A stretch of 37,671 nucleotides of DNA from Octopus sinensis (lineage: Eukaryota), in contig NW_021835893.1 of NCBI RefSeq assembly GCF_006345805.1, forward strand, positions 1 to 37,671, given 5' to 3'. The notes under the pieces were generated by a model. It was given only the letters and a program-made list of their open reading frames with translations, was not told the origin of the DNA and did not search any database. Below, one piece after another: positions 24,293 through 37,020 of the stretch (within the stretch, counting starts at the first letter, position 1; the number at the start of each line of letters is the position of its first letter). A program made the position numbers and the translations under genes.

Positions 24293-25607
24293 CAGCTATG
24301 TGTGTGTATCTGTGTGTGTATGTATCTATGTGTGTGTTTATTTGTGTGTATCTCTGTGTGTATATGAGTTTTATGCGAGATATAACAAGAATACGGTTGG
24401 AAAACAAAGTTATTATTAGAGGGATTAAGACTAGAAATATTAATAATGACAGTGTATTAAGCTCTTTGAAAACTGTGAACGTTTCTTTATATAATAATAA
24501 ACTGTTTGAGAGAAGCCATAAAAGATTTTATAGAAGATTAAATAAGTTAAACGCAGAGACGAAAAAGTATAAACTCTAAAACACAACCAGAAAAATAGAC
24601 AAAGCAATATGCTGTCAGTCACAATGGCGAATCAAGAAAAACAATGTATATACATACATACTTGTATACACACACATACACACACACAAAGACACATACG
24701 TGTGTGTGAATATATATAATGTAGGAATGGTGTATATCTACCAAAAAAATATGACCTTAAATTTAAAAAGAAACTCTAACATGATCAACATTGCAAAGCC
24801 ATTCGGTGCATATATGTCAGCGCAAGGCTTTAAAAGTCTACAGGAACGGGAGAACTATCATGTCAGCCGTCAAGGGAAATGCGCCATGGACACTGTATAT
24901 GAGAGAAACAGCAGCCAAATCTCGCGAAATTCACACCACATCATTATGTACAATAGAAGAGTTATAGTAATATAGAAGGGTGGATCACATGTGTATCACT
25001 GCAGAGGGGGACTTTCTGTTTTAAACCGGAGCAATTGTGGAACCTCTGATAAGGAGCAAGATCCTGTTGATCGAGTTTCGAAATCACGTCATAAGGTTTT
25101 ATCGAACGACGTCATTCTGTTGGTGCATCTCGCCAAAGACAGATCTTTCAGTTTGATGCACGCAGCGCCGAATACTCCATGAGGCCAATGCTTTTGTGTG
25201 GATGTTGGAGTAAAATTTTGGTTCTCATTTCTGACAGTTGTAGGTGCTATTATGCACCCATATATATGTATTTATAATATAGGATAACATTGTTTTCCAA
25301 AGAAATTCAATCAAAGATGGCCAGCATATTAAAATACCTTAAAAGGTGAAAATTATAAATAATTATAAACAAGGGCAAAAGAAAAAAATGATTTCTATGC
25401 CTATATGCTGAGAATAGACTTTAAATTGTCAATCACCACATTACAATTTAAATTCACGACGAATACATATCTGAAATCGAGGAAGGCAAGCTAACAGGAG
25501 TTTATAAAAATTTCCTTATCTCTATATTGAATCGATTTCGGGATTAATCGCACGAATTTTCCCTCTTCCTTAGAGAACGCAGAATCACACACAAACACTC
25601 ACACATA

Positions 25608-25694
<87 letters not shown>

Positions 25695-25729
25695 TTATCT
25701 ATCGATCTATCTATCTATCTATCTATCTA
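25608..25729. repeat. (TATC)n microsatellite
   Basis: Direct reading. Confidence 0.97.
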
Positions 25730-25989
25730 CATGAGGACTAATACCAAATCTGTCTTCTGTTTCCTTAATCGATTATTATCTCAACTAAGACTGCGGATTT
25801 CCTGAAGTATATCCAACGGGAATATACTATAACTGCGGATGGCTCAAGGTGGCACAAATCGTACGAGTACTTTACTCAATACATCGGCACGCCAAATGAC
25901 ATATACCCATTTGTTCAAAAATGTCACACACACAAATACACACCTACATCAACAAATATATATGTACACATCCATGGCTAACATATATT

Positions 25990-26394
25990 GTGGCTGTGTG
26001 GTAAGTAGCTTGCTAACCAGCCACATGGTTGCGGGTTCAGTCCCACTGCGTGGCATGTTGGGCAAATGTCTTCTGCTATAGCCTCGGGCCGACCAATGCC
26101 TTGTGAGTGGATTTGGTAGACGGAAACTGAAAGAAGCCTGTCGTATATATGTATATATATATATGTGTGTGTGTGTGTGTTTGTGTGTCTGTGTTTGTCC
26201 CCCTAGCATTGCTTGACAACCGATGCTTGTGTGTTTACGTCCCCGTCACCTAGCGGTTCGGCAAAAGAGACCGATAGAATAAGTACTGGGCTTACAAAGA
26301 ATAAGTCCCGGGGTCGATTTGATCGACTAAAGGCGGTGCTCCAGCATGGCCGCAGACAAAATGACTGAAACAAGTAATAGAGTAATAGAGAGAG
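25990..26394 (+). mobile_element. SINE family B, near full length
   Basis: tRNA-like head, left arm, (TA)n(TG)n linker, right arm and tail ending in gagtaatagag repeats; collinear with 35819-36242. Confidence 0.95.
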
Positions 26395-27328
26395 TATATA
26401 TATATATATATATGTCTGTATGTTTATGCACATGAGTGCGTAAATGAACGAGGCCGAAATTTCCCTCTACCACGGCAGACTATAATTATTTAGTATTATA
26501 CTGGGATTACTCTGTAGTTAGCCCGGTCCCCGTGATTCTTTCCTAACCAAGCAAACGTGTGTGCATATATTTATGTGTCAACTTTGACGAGTGGCTTCAT
26601 ATTTTGAATATATCTGTGCACCAATGGAGGTCAGTGCAATTTAACGACATTTCCTCCTGAAGTGCTCATTCTATAGATACGAAAATAGAAAACGGAAACT
26701 GGAAAATAAATACGATATCATTGTAAAAAGGATTTTAGTTTCAATAGAGATTTCTATGTCTCCGGTGTGAACATATATATATTGTTTTCCCTGGAGGTAC
26801 TTATTGATATATTAACAGAATGACATCTCGGTGGGTCTATTATGAAATAAATGATATATAGAAAACTATTTCAGGGGAAAAAAATGTATACAATAAATGG
26901 AAGTGTAAAATGCGATGGAAATTAAACGAATATCGAAATAGAAATAAAAATAAATGGATATCTGTTCATATAGAACTTTAGGATCACTTGTTGCTTCAAT
27001 TGGAAATTCTGTATGGTCTTTGGAAAGTAGATTCACTTACGAGGACATGAAGAAATTAATTGTGTGGCGGCATTGGATTTGCAATGTTGGTAGTAGTCGT
27101 GGTGGTAGTCGGACAGATTGTAGTGGTTGCAAAATTGGTTACTGTGGAGGTGGCTATGTTGGTGGTGGTGGTGGTCGTCGTCGTCGTCGTCGTCGTTGTG
27201 GTGTATGAACTGTTAGAGCAATTCGTGCTGTTCTCAGTTGATATTTTTTTTACAATTGTCCTTCTTGTGATAATAATGGTGTGCTATTGGGAATGGTGGA
27301 GTTGGTGATGTTGGGGGTGAGAATTTAA

Positions 27329-27744
27329 GGTGGCGAGCTGGCAGAAACGTTAGCGCGCCGGGCGAAATGCGTAGCCGTATTTCGTCTGTCGTTACGTTGC
27401 GAGTTCAAAATCCGCCGAGGTCGACTTTGCCTTTCATTCTTTCGGGATCGATAAATTAAGTACCAGTTACGCACCGGGGTCGATGTAATCGCCTTAATCC
27501 GTTTGTCTGTCCTTGTTTATTCTCTCTGTGTTTAGCCACTTGTGGGTAGTAAAGAAATAGGTATTTTGTCTGTCGTTACGTTCTGAGTTCAAATTCCGCC
27601 GAGGTCGACTTTGCCTTTCATTCGTTCGGAGTCGATAAAACGAGTACCAGTTACGCACTGGAGTCGATGTAATCGACTTAGTACTTATGTCTGTCTTTGT
27701 TTGTCCCCTCTATGTTTAGCCCCTTGTGGGTAATAAAGAAATAG
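27329..27744 (+). mobile_element. tRNA-derived SINE family C with tandem duplication of a 184-bp body
   Basis: Head ggtggcgagctggcagaaacgttagc, B-box-like gagttcaaaatcc; units 27377-27560 and 27561-27744 are collinear. Confidence 0.88.
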
Positions 27745-27935
27745 ATGGTTGTGAGAACTGTGATTTTGTTGAAGGTAGACTGGTAATATTGTTAGCTACT
27801 TGATGGTGGTCGACACGGTGGTACTGGTGTAAAATTGGTGTTAGTCGTGGTGGTTGTACAAGGTAGTTGATAGCAGCGATGGTGCTGCTGGTGTACTGAA
27901 GTTAGCGCTCGCGGTAATGGAACAGAATGCATATA

Positions 27936-28100
27936 TACGACGTGCTTCTTTCAGATTCCGTGTACCAAATTCACTCACAAGGCTTTGGTGTGCCCGTGTC
28001 TATAGTAGAAGACGCTTGACCAAAATACCACACAGTGGGACTGAACCCGGAACCATGTGGCTGGTAAGCAAGCTACTTACCACACAGGCACTCCTGCGCC
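27936..28100 (-). mobile_element. SINE family B, left arm only
   Basis: ...cagtgggactgaacccggaaccatgtggctggtaagcaagctacttaccacacaggcactcctgcgcc is the reverse complement of the family B head. Confidence 0.92.
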
Positions 28101-28791
28101 TTGGAGAACTTTAAAATGTTTATTATAATGCGCTCCTGGATTAGCCATACCTTCTATCTCATTTACATAAATATATATTTAAAATAATAAAAGTACATTT
28201 CAAATTACCCGGAAGGTCAAAACTGCATGTGGAAATTCCTCTTCCTTTTGCTTTTGTTGTTTCTACTGCTGTTGTTGAAGTCAGAAGCAATTCCAGTTTC
28301 GCATTTGTTATTATTCTTAGTCCCTATTTGTTGCTGCAGTTCTTGGTGTTGTACCAATTTTTGTTGCTTACAAAAATTAAGGATGATTCGATTTTAACGT
28401 TCCTTTTATTATCTTTGTGCACAGATTGTTACTTTTCTAGTTTATAAAGTTGTTCATTTTGTAGCATTTATTATCGATAAAGTTGGCGTTATAGTCCTTA
28501 CCAGCTTTTCCATTTAAAGTTAGCGCATTTAGTACCAGATGTTCCAAATTTAATATTCTTCAATTCCATTTCCATTTCCTCTTCGTTTATTCCTATTTTC
28601 GAAGGCACTTTTCCCTGTGTCCCTCTCTGCCTCCCCCTATCACTGCAATGCAATCATACATGTTTATAAGCACTCCACTTACTCGCACTAATATACGCAT
28701 ATATAACCATATCTACATAAAAGTACTCTCAATATATATATATATACAATATATATATATGTATGTATATGTATATGTATATATATGTATA

Positions 28792-28831
<40 letters not shown>

Positions 28832-28943
28832 TTATGTAAGTGTATATATATATATGTGTGTGTATGTGTGTATGCGTGTGAGTGTCTGCACATGTATATA
28901 TATATATATATCCATGTGCAGACACTCACACACACACACATTT

Positions 28944-29026
<83 letters not shown>

Positions 29027-29377
29027 TTATATATGTACAGGCACAGACACAGACACACACATATATATTATATAGTATAATATATATATATAGTGAGAGA
29101 GAGAGATACCTGCATACATTCATACATTCATACATACATACGTACATTCGTTAATGTATACATACGTACGCACGATCGTACGTACATACATGTATATGTA
29201 CATACGTTGTGCTTTTGGGCATGTTTTTCTCATACAGTTCTCATTCCCTTTCGCTCTCTCCATCTCTGCATATATCTCATTTGCATATTCATTCCTTTCG
29301 TCATAATCATTCCGTCGCATAGTTTTCTCATTCTCTCTTTCGACCTATTCCTTTCTGCGCAATATACACGAATACAT

Positions 29378-29766
29378 GTGGCGGCGCAATGGCCCAGTGG
29401 TTAGGGCAGTGGACTCGCGGTCATAGGATCGCGGTTTCGATTCCCAGACCAGGCGTTGTGAGTGTTTATTGAGCGAAAACACCTAAAAGCTCCACGAGGC
29501 TCCGGCAGGATATGGTGGTGATCCCTGCTGTACTCTTTCACCACAGCTTTCTCTCACTCTTACTTCCTGTTTCTGTTGTACCTGTATTTCAAGGGGCCGG
29601 CCTTGTCACTCTCTATGTCACGCTGAATATCCCCGAGAACTACGTCAAGTGTGCACGTGTATGTGGAGTGCTCAGCCACTTACACGTTAATTTCACGAGC
29701 AGGCTGTTCCGTTAATTCGGATCAACCGGAACCCTCATCGTCGTAACCGACGGAGTGCTTCCATCC
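29378..29766 (+). mobile_element. SINE family A, full length, with 12-bp TSD (11/12 match)
   Basis: A box TGGCCCAGTGG, B box GGTTTCGATTCCC; acacgaatacat (29366-29377) / acacaaatacat (29767-29778). Confidence 0.95.
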
Positions 29767-30002
29767 ACACAAATACATTTTCTACATTGTTTAATCACCT
29801 GAAAGTATTTTATTCCACATTCATTCTTCGAGATTTCATTTATTCTAATTTATTCTTGTGAGCAGTTTTTTCATTCCATTTCTGTTTTTTTTCTTTTTTG
29901 CTACATTTTATTATCATTCAATGATTTCTTTCTCCCATTTTCTTTCCTTCACTGTTCTCTCCTTCATTGTGGGTTTTCTTAAATATCTACAAGTGGTTAT
30001 TC

Positions 30003-30173
30003 TTTTTCTTCTATCAGTCATTTGACTGCGGCCATGAAGCCGCACTGCCTTGAGGAAATTTAGTCGATCAAATTGACCCCAAGACCTATTTTTTAAGCAT
30101 AGTACTTATTTTGTCGGTTTCTTTTGCTGTTAAGCGGTGATGGGGACAAACACACACACGTACACGCATATAT

Positions 30174-30208
<35 letters not shown>

Positions 30209-30444
30209 TTTGATCACTTTGACCGACCAGTCCGTCAGGCGTCCATTTGACACCGCTGGTCATAGCACGCTGTCCACTCCTCTCTGGATCGCGCCTTTCT
30301 CGTCCACGTGATCCCAATCGTCCTCCTGAAATCGTAATTCCCCCGTCGTGGAGGTCTTCCGGGTGGTCTTTTCCGCTCACGCGGGTACCACTCGGCACAT
30401 GCATGCGTCCACCGATTATCGGTGAGCCGGGCGACGTGTCCAGC

Positions 30445-30475
<31 letters not shown>

Positions 30476-30632
30476 CGACGAGCTACTTTTAGTTGCCGTT
30501 TACCATCTCCACACAAAAGGCACTGGTCAGCTCGAGGTTATAGCAGAAGGCACTTGACCAATGTACCACGCAGTGGGACTGACCCCAGAACCATGTCGTT
30601 GGGAAGCAAGATTCGTATCACACTGCTACGCC
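30003..30632 (-). mobile_element. Old SINE family B copy interrupted in its (TA)n linker by an RTE fragment
   Basis: Tail and right arm at 30003-30155 (tcagtcatttgactgcggccatg...); left arm at 30474-30632 (ccacgcagtgggactgacccc...). Confidence 0.85.
30204..30447 (-). mobile_element. 5'-truncated RTE-clade LINE 3' end
   Basis: WAGHVARLTDNRWT...EWYPRERKRPPGRPPRR...WTRKARSREEW is the characteristic RTE ORF C-terminus; very short UTR ending in (CAAAGTGAT)2; (TA)n on both sides. Confidence 0.92.
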
Positions 30633-30997
30633 TATATTTCTATATCTCAAAATAACTTGGTATTTTTCTCTCATTATGTATATATATTTTTTATGCGTAT
30701 TTGTATGTATGTACATATATATATATATATGTATAATTATTTCTATCTTTCTACCTTTCTACCTATCTTCCTATCTATCTCTGTAACGTATATGCACATA
30801 TATACCCATACAAATTTACAGACGTAGGCACACACATACACACAGATACACACACACACACATACACACACACATACACACTGATACTTATAAGTAAATT
30901 TCCTGTAAATTCATGATTTGGTCCGACTTTGTATATCTCCTGTTTGCTGTATCAGATTTCTTTCCAATCTTCAATCTCCTCACCTCAGCCTTATACT

Positions 30998-31002
30998 CTT
31001 TC

Positions 31003-31093
<91 letters not shown>

Positions 31094-31196
31094 TCCTTCC
31101 TTCCTTCCTTCTTTCTTTCTTTCTTCCTTCCTTCCTTCCTTTCTGTCCTTCTCTCTCTCTCTCTCTCTTTCTCTCTTTCTCTCTCTCTCTCTCTCC
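30998..31196. repeat. (TTTC)n/(TTCC)n/(TC)n polypyrimidine tract
   Basis: Direct reading. Confidence 0.96.
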
Positions 31197-31517
31197 CTAT
31201 CACTTTCTATCTCTGTCCGCCGCTCCTATCCTTTTTCGTATTTTGTTTCTGTTTTGACGAAGCAAACTTCTCCTCCTTATGAATCTTTTATGAATTTTCT
31301 TTCAAACAAATTCATAAGACCCTTTCATACTTTAATCCCATAATCCCATAGTTCCGATTCTTTACCAAAAGTTCCTTATTCATTTATCCCAATCATTCAT
31401 TCTTTATGATATTCTTCATTTCCCATTCTCTTATGCTATTCTTAATTCTTACATAAAAATTCGTCACTATTTCTACCTGTACAATTATTGATCAATTTCC
31501 ATCCTATAATGCCACTT

Positions 31518-31556
<39 letters not shown>

Positions 31557-33115
31557 CTCTCTCCCTCCTCTCTCGCTCTCTCTCTATATATATATATATA
31601 ATATATATATATTATATATATATATATATTATATACATATATATATATATATATATACGTATGTATCTTCATTTTCGTTGTATTTGTTGTATCATTCTAA
31701 TGGATATTAAATTCCATTCTATATAATTCTATAAAAATTAAATTTCGTTTGATTGAAATACGCTAAAGCAAAACGTTAACCAGTGCAATTCTTTGCGCAT
31801 TTGTGTATATATAACAGACATCCATCAGTCCCGAGGGATCATGGATCCGCCCACGGTTTTATTCAGTTTATTGTTACTCCGCATAGTATTTAGTATTGAG
31901 GAAAACAAAGGAATTCCAAATGCATCGATCAGTCCACTAGAAGCGCTCTCTTATCATCGTGTTCTATGACGTTTTTTATAAGCGGGAAATTTTGTCTACG
32001 GCAAACGGTAAAGTAGAATGTGAACATATGCAAATAGCTCTCAAACACTTCTGGTCTTAAGTTTGCTGTCCATCACAATTTTACGCATATTTAAAATGAA
32101 AATTTCCAATGATAACATGAAATTATAACATTATTAGTAACTTCTTGGTCATAATTAAGTCGATCGAAACCGGTTGACTTCGTAAATAATTTTTCCGCAT
32201 GTAATGGACTCTCCCATCGAAGAAGACGTATGAGCATTCAGCTTTTGTCGAATGATTTGTTTATAATGATCAAATTATTGTACCACATATTAGGTCACTC
32301 CTTCCATCACCTCGATGTGATCGAATAGGGGGCACTGTGTACCACGCTTTAGATGTCGAAGGGATCCCAAAACACCGTCGGAGGAAGCGCTTTCCACAAG
32401 AAAGCAATGCACACTAGGCTTAGGAATTGAACTCATGATCGCTATGCTGGTATCCATATATATATATTATCTTGCATAAACTTTCTGTGCATTTTTATTC
32501 ACTACATTCTCTACGCAGACATAAATAGACACATAAATACATATACATCCATATATATACACATATGTCAATGTATGTATATGCAATATATATATATATA
32601 TGTGTGTGTGGTGTGTGTGTGTGTGTGTGTGCGTGTGTGTGTGTGTGTGTATGCATGCATGTATTTCCATTAACTTTACGGCCTCTCCGCTTATATCAGA
32701 GAATCACGGTTATCCGGAAAAATACATAAATATCCCTAATCATTTAACTGGCCAATATAGCAGAGATTGCGAATTTAAACATTTGTATTACGATCCTTGG
32801 AAGTCTGTAAATATATTTTACTATCAATGACATAATTGCAGCATGTTACGCATGTTATCGTAATAAAGAAACAAAAATCCACACTACAAAATATTGCCAG
32901 AGATGTTTTACAGTCTTTATAATATGAGGATATCAGGTATCTGTCACGCAATGTTAACATTTGCTTCCCTGAAAATGAGTTGTTAGAGCATAATATATTT
33001 GAATTTGTCAATGTATTTTTCTCTGTGCAGTAGTTTTTTTAATGTCTTATAACATTTAATTTAAAATTGTTTCTTTGGCTTTAAGGAGCAAAGCTGTCAT
33101 TCTTAAATTAGCATT

Positions 33116-33423
33116 CCATCGGTAACGACAATCAGGTGTCCAATTGATCCAATCAATGGATTTTTTTATGCTCGTGAAATTAACGCGCCTGCAGCAGAGT
33201 ACTCCAGAAAGACCCGTATCCTTCACGTAGTTCTCAAGTAAGATTCAGCGTGATGCAGGGTGTGACCAATTGGCCGTTTGAAAAACAGGTGCAACTCTAC
33301 TTTCCCAGCTGATTATATGGTGAAAAACATGAAATAAAGTGTTTGCTCGAGTTATTATCGCACCGCCGAGAACTGAACTCACACCATTACAATCGAAATC
33401 CAAACAGCCTATTAAGCCACTCG
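33116..33423 (-). mobile_element. Highly diverged SINE family D copy
   Basis: Collinear with the reverse complement of 4995-5303 (tgctcgtgaaattaacg...acgtagttctc...ttcagcgtga...ccagctga...tgaaataaagtgtttgctc...gaactcaca...taagccac). Confidence 0.75.
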
Positions 33424-34483
33424 TAATCTCTTTGGTAGCTTTTAGAGAGTGGGTACCGCTCACGACCCGTTATTTGGACTTTTGAACGTAAAATGGATGA
33501 GATCTCTATCTATAAATTGTAGCAATCAATTAGAATCTGCTAAATGCAACCAAATTGGTCATTACTCGATCATATATGGAGGTGAACTGATAAAGTATTG
33601 AATCCTCTACCACGTTTTTATTGGCCTACTCTATCGGTATATCTTTAGATCGATACTGTTTTTCTGTTTTTTTCAGTGAACCCGAAAAGAGTAGTGGAAA
33701 AGCGGAGAAGTTGACTCCGTCAAGATTGGATCTCAGTGTGCAGAATCGAATTAAAACAAATAAGCCGATGTTGCTACCGCTCAACTGATTCTCCATCTAT
33801 GAATCATAAAACGTATTTGTTTTGTTTTCTCCTTACTAATGTACAGGTTTAATTAATTAAAGCGTTGCTCCATCTCCGTTATTTATGCTAGCACCCATGA
33901 TACACCATTTCAAATGCTTCCTCATCGGTGCTGTACTTTAAACCGCGGGGGATTTCGTAGCTGTTACAGTGATCTATAAATCTTATTATTTATTCATTTA
34001 TTCGTTCATCTGCAGATTGTCTAAATGCTACCCTCTCCCTCTCTGAAGAATGAACAGCCAAATATTTTAGCAAACAGGAATATTGCCAGCTTGTTAGATG
34101 TTATTTAGCGACGTTGCAGACGAGCAACTAGATAGGAAGAAAGACACGGCGTTAGAGAGTGTTATTCGCTTCTCTACCTGTCTCAGGAATTTTCGAAAGT
34201 AGTGCAGTATAATATTGCTAGTGAATGGAAATTACTTAATAATTTGATGCCATTCCTGGGAATGTTGGTTTTATTTAATTTCAAAACAACTTATCTCGTA
34301 TTGAATTATAACATGACCATCCGTTCTTATCCCTGGTGAAATCAGATTTGCATGGTTATAAATGATTTCGTTTCTGTCGTAATATCTAGAAGCGATTATG
34401 CGCTGCCAATAGGGAAATTTCCGGCTTATTTGTCTCCTATGGACATGTGTACATATTTCGCCAGTGAATAAAATATGCACGTG

Positions 34484-34590
<107 letters not shown>

Positions 34591-34646
34591 GTAATAATAT
34601 ATGCATGCATGTTTGCATACATATATACATATATATATACATATAC

Positions 34647-34679
<33 letters not shown>

Positions 34680-34696
34680 ATATATACATATATACA

Positions 34697-34731
<35 letters not shown>

Positions 34732-34858
34732 TATTACATATACATACATATATATGAATGGAAGTGCGTGTATATATATGCATATCTTTGTGAGTGTGCA
34801 TATATAAACATAAACACACGCATACATCATATGTATATGTGTATGTCTATCTATCTAC

Positions 34859-34904
<46 letters not shown>

Positions 34905-34909
34905 GCCCT

Positions 34910-34973
<64 letters not shown>

Positions 34974-35444
34974 AATGTATGTATATGTAGATGTCAAAAG
35001 AGAAGCAGAGTCAGACAACGAAAGGGAGAGAGAGAGAGAGAGAGCGAGAGACTGAGAGAGACGAGAGTGATGTAAAGAAGGGGAAACAATCTCGCAGTTA
35101 CAATATTTTTACTGCATATTTTCCTTCTTTATAATTTATTTGTGTCAACAGTTTCAAATATTTGGCTTTTCTCTTTCTCTCGTTCACCCAATCTCCCTCA
35201 TTCACAAACTCAATCTATCTCTCTGTCACACACTCTAGCATGACTTAAACTCGCATTTGTCTGATTTTACCTAATCTAACGGCGATCGCAACGGGCTCTT
35301 TAAACAGAGAGTAATGCCAAACAGGGAAGTTAACATACATTATTACATCCCACGCACATTAGCGAAAAATAATCTACATACCATGTCCCTTACAGGTACT
35401 TCATTTCCTATAACATACATGCATACATACACATACATATATAT

Positions 35445-35487
<43 letters not shown>

Positions 35488-35514
35488 CATATATATATAC
35501 ACATACATACATAC

Positions 35515-35554
<40 letters not shown>

Positions 35555-35578
35555 ATATATATTATATATATTATATAT

Positions 35579-35609
<31 letters not shown>

Positions 35610-35818
35610 GCTCTGTTTCTAATATATCATCGTTTGGACCGCTATATGTCTCTATGTCTCTAGATTTCCTCTCTAACATTACATTAATGTTCCAAGTAGA
35701 TCTACCTATACACTGTTTTACCTATTTAAGTATCTTGCTCTTTGCTTTACTTCTAACCGTCTCTCTGTATTTCTGCTTCTCTCTCTTTCTCTCTCTCTCT
35801 CTCTACATATATATATAT

Positions 35819-36242
35819 GGCGCAGGAGTGGCTGTGTGGTAAGTAGCTTGGTAACCAACCACATGGTTCCGGGTTCAGTCCCACTGCGTGACATCTTGGG
35901 CAAGTGTCTTCTGCTATAGCCTCGGGCTGACCAAAGCCCTGTGAGTGGATTTGGTAGACGGAAACTGAAAGAAGCCTGCCATATATATGTATATATATGT
36001 ATATATGTGAATGCGTGTGTGTTTGTGTGTCTGTGTTTGCTCCCCTAGCATTGCTTGACAACCGATGCTGGTGTGTTTACATCCCCGTCACTTAGCGGTT
36101 CGGCAAAAAGAGACCGATAGAATAAGTACTGGGCTTACAAAAAGAATAAGTCCCGAGGTCGAGTTGCTCGACTAAAGGCGGTGCTCCAGCATGGCCGCAG
36201 TCAAATGACTGAAACATGTAAAAGAGTAAAAGAGTAAAGAGT
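35819..36242 (+). mobile_element. SINE family B, full length, young
   Basis: ggcgcaggagtggctgtgtgg head through a tail with tandem gtaaaaga repeats; flanked by (TA)n. Confidence 0.96.
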
Positions 36243-36376
36243 ATATATATACAGTTGTAATTGGGGATAATCTTAAACGTTTGTATATCTGAGTGCATGA
36301 TTGTGTTTTAGTACGTTTGTGCGTCTGTGTGTTTTTGTTTATGTGTGTATGTGTGTGTGTGCGTACGTACGTGTGT

Positions 36377-36520
36377 GTTAAGAAGCTTGCTTTCCAACTA
36401 CAAGTTTCCGGTTTCAATCTCCTGCCGTGGCATCTTGGGCATGTGTCTTCTGTTATATTCTCGGACACACCAAAAACCTGTGAGTGGATATGGTAAAGGG
36501 TAAATAAAAGAAGCTCATCA
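36377..36520 (+). mobile_element. Degenerate SINE family B left arm
   Basis: aagaagcttgctttccaac...cgtggcatcttgggcatgtgtcttc...tgtgagtggatatggta...aagaagc. Confidence 0.75.
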
Positions 36521-36551
<31 letters not shown>

Positions 36552-36856
36552 GGAGGCGCAATGGCCTAGTCGTTAGGGCAGCGGACTCGCGGTCGCAGGA
36601 TCGCGGTTCCGATTCCCAGACCGGGCGTTGTGAGTGTTTATTGAGCGAAAACACCTAAAAGTTCCACGAGGTTCCGGCAGAGCGTGGTGATCCCTGATGT
36701 ACTCTTTCAACACTCTTTCTCTCACTCTTTCTTCTGTTGACCTGCTTGCTTAGCCAGCGGGGTGGCGTCATTTGACGGCCAAAACAATGAGAACGCATTG
36801 TGACCAGCGATGTGTAACAACATATGATGGTCTTGTCGGTCACGTGATCACGTGAT
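36552..36856 (+). mobile_element. SINE family A head with an alternative, RTE-like 3' tail
   Basis: Matches family A up to ~36744, then diverges; ends tgaccagcgatgt...gtcggtcacgtgatcacgtgat, similar to the RTE 3' end at 30204-30263 (minus strand). Confidence 0.88.
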
Positions 36857-37020
36857 ATATATATATATGCATACATGTATGTATGTATGCATGTATGTAT
36901 GTATGTGTGTGAGGCCGTGGACTTTTACAACTGGCATTAGCAATGAAGATTGCCACAATTGGCCTAGACACCTACCTGAAAAACTCTAAGGACTGAATGT
37001 TAAAACTTGTCTCAAAACTT

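Noticed and set aside
27329-27744. CRISPR-like or other prokaryotic repeat system
   Set aside because: No repeat-spacer periodicity, operons or prokaryotic genes anywhere in the window; this is eukaryotic repeat DNA.
29378-29456. tRNA gene calls for SINE heads (also at 3028, 4995, 9469, 35819, 36552)
   Set aside because: A and B boxes are present but no convincing full cloverleaf, and each continues into a conserved SINE body.
32140-32185. gatcgaaaccggttgac, resembling the 3' half of a Penelope-type hammerhead
   Set aside because: No CUGANGA box or clear helix II upstream.
33650-33795. Possible very old minus-strand SINE C copy
   Set aside because: Only scattered short matches by eye; cannot be supported without alignment.
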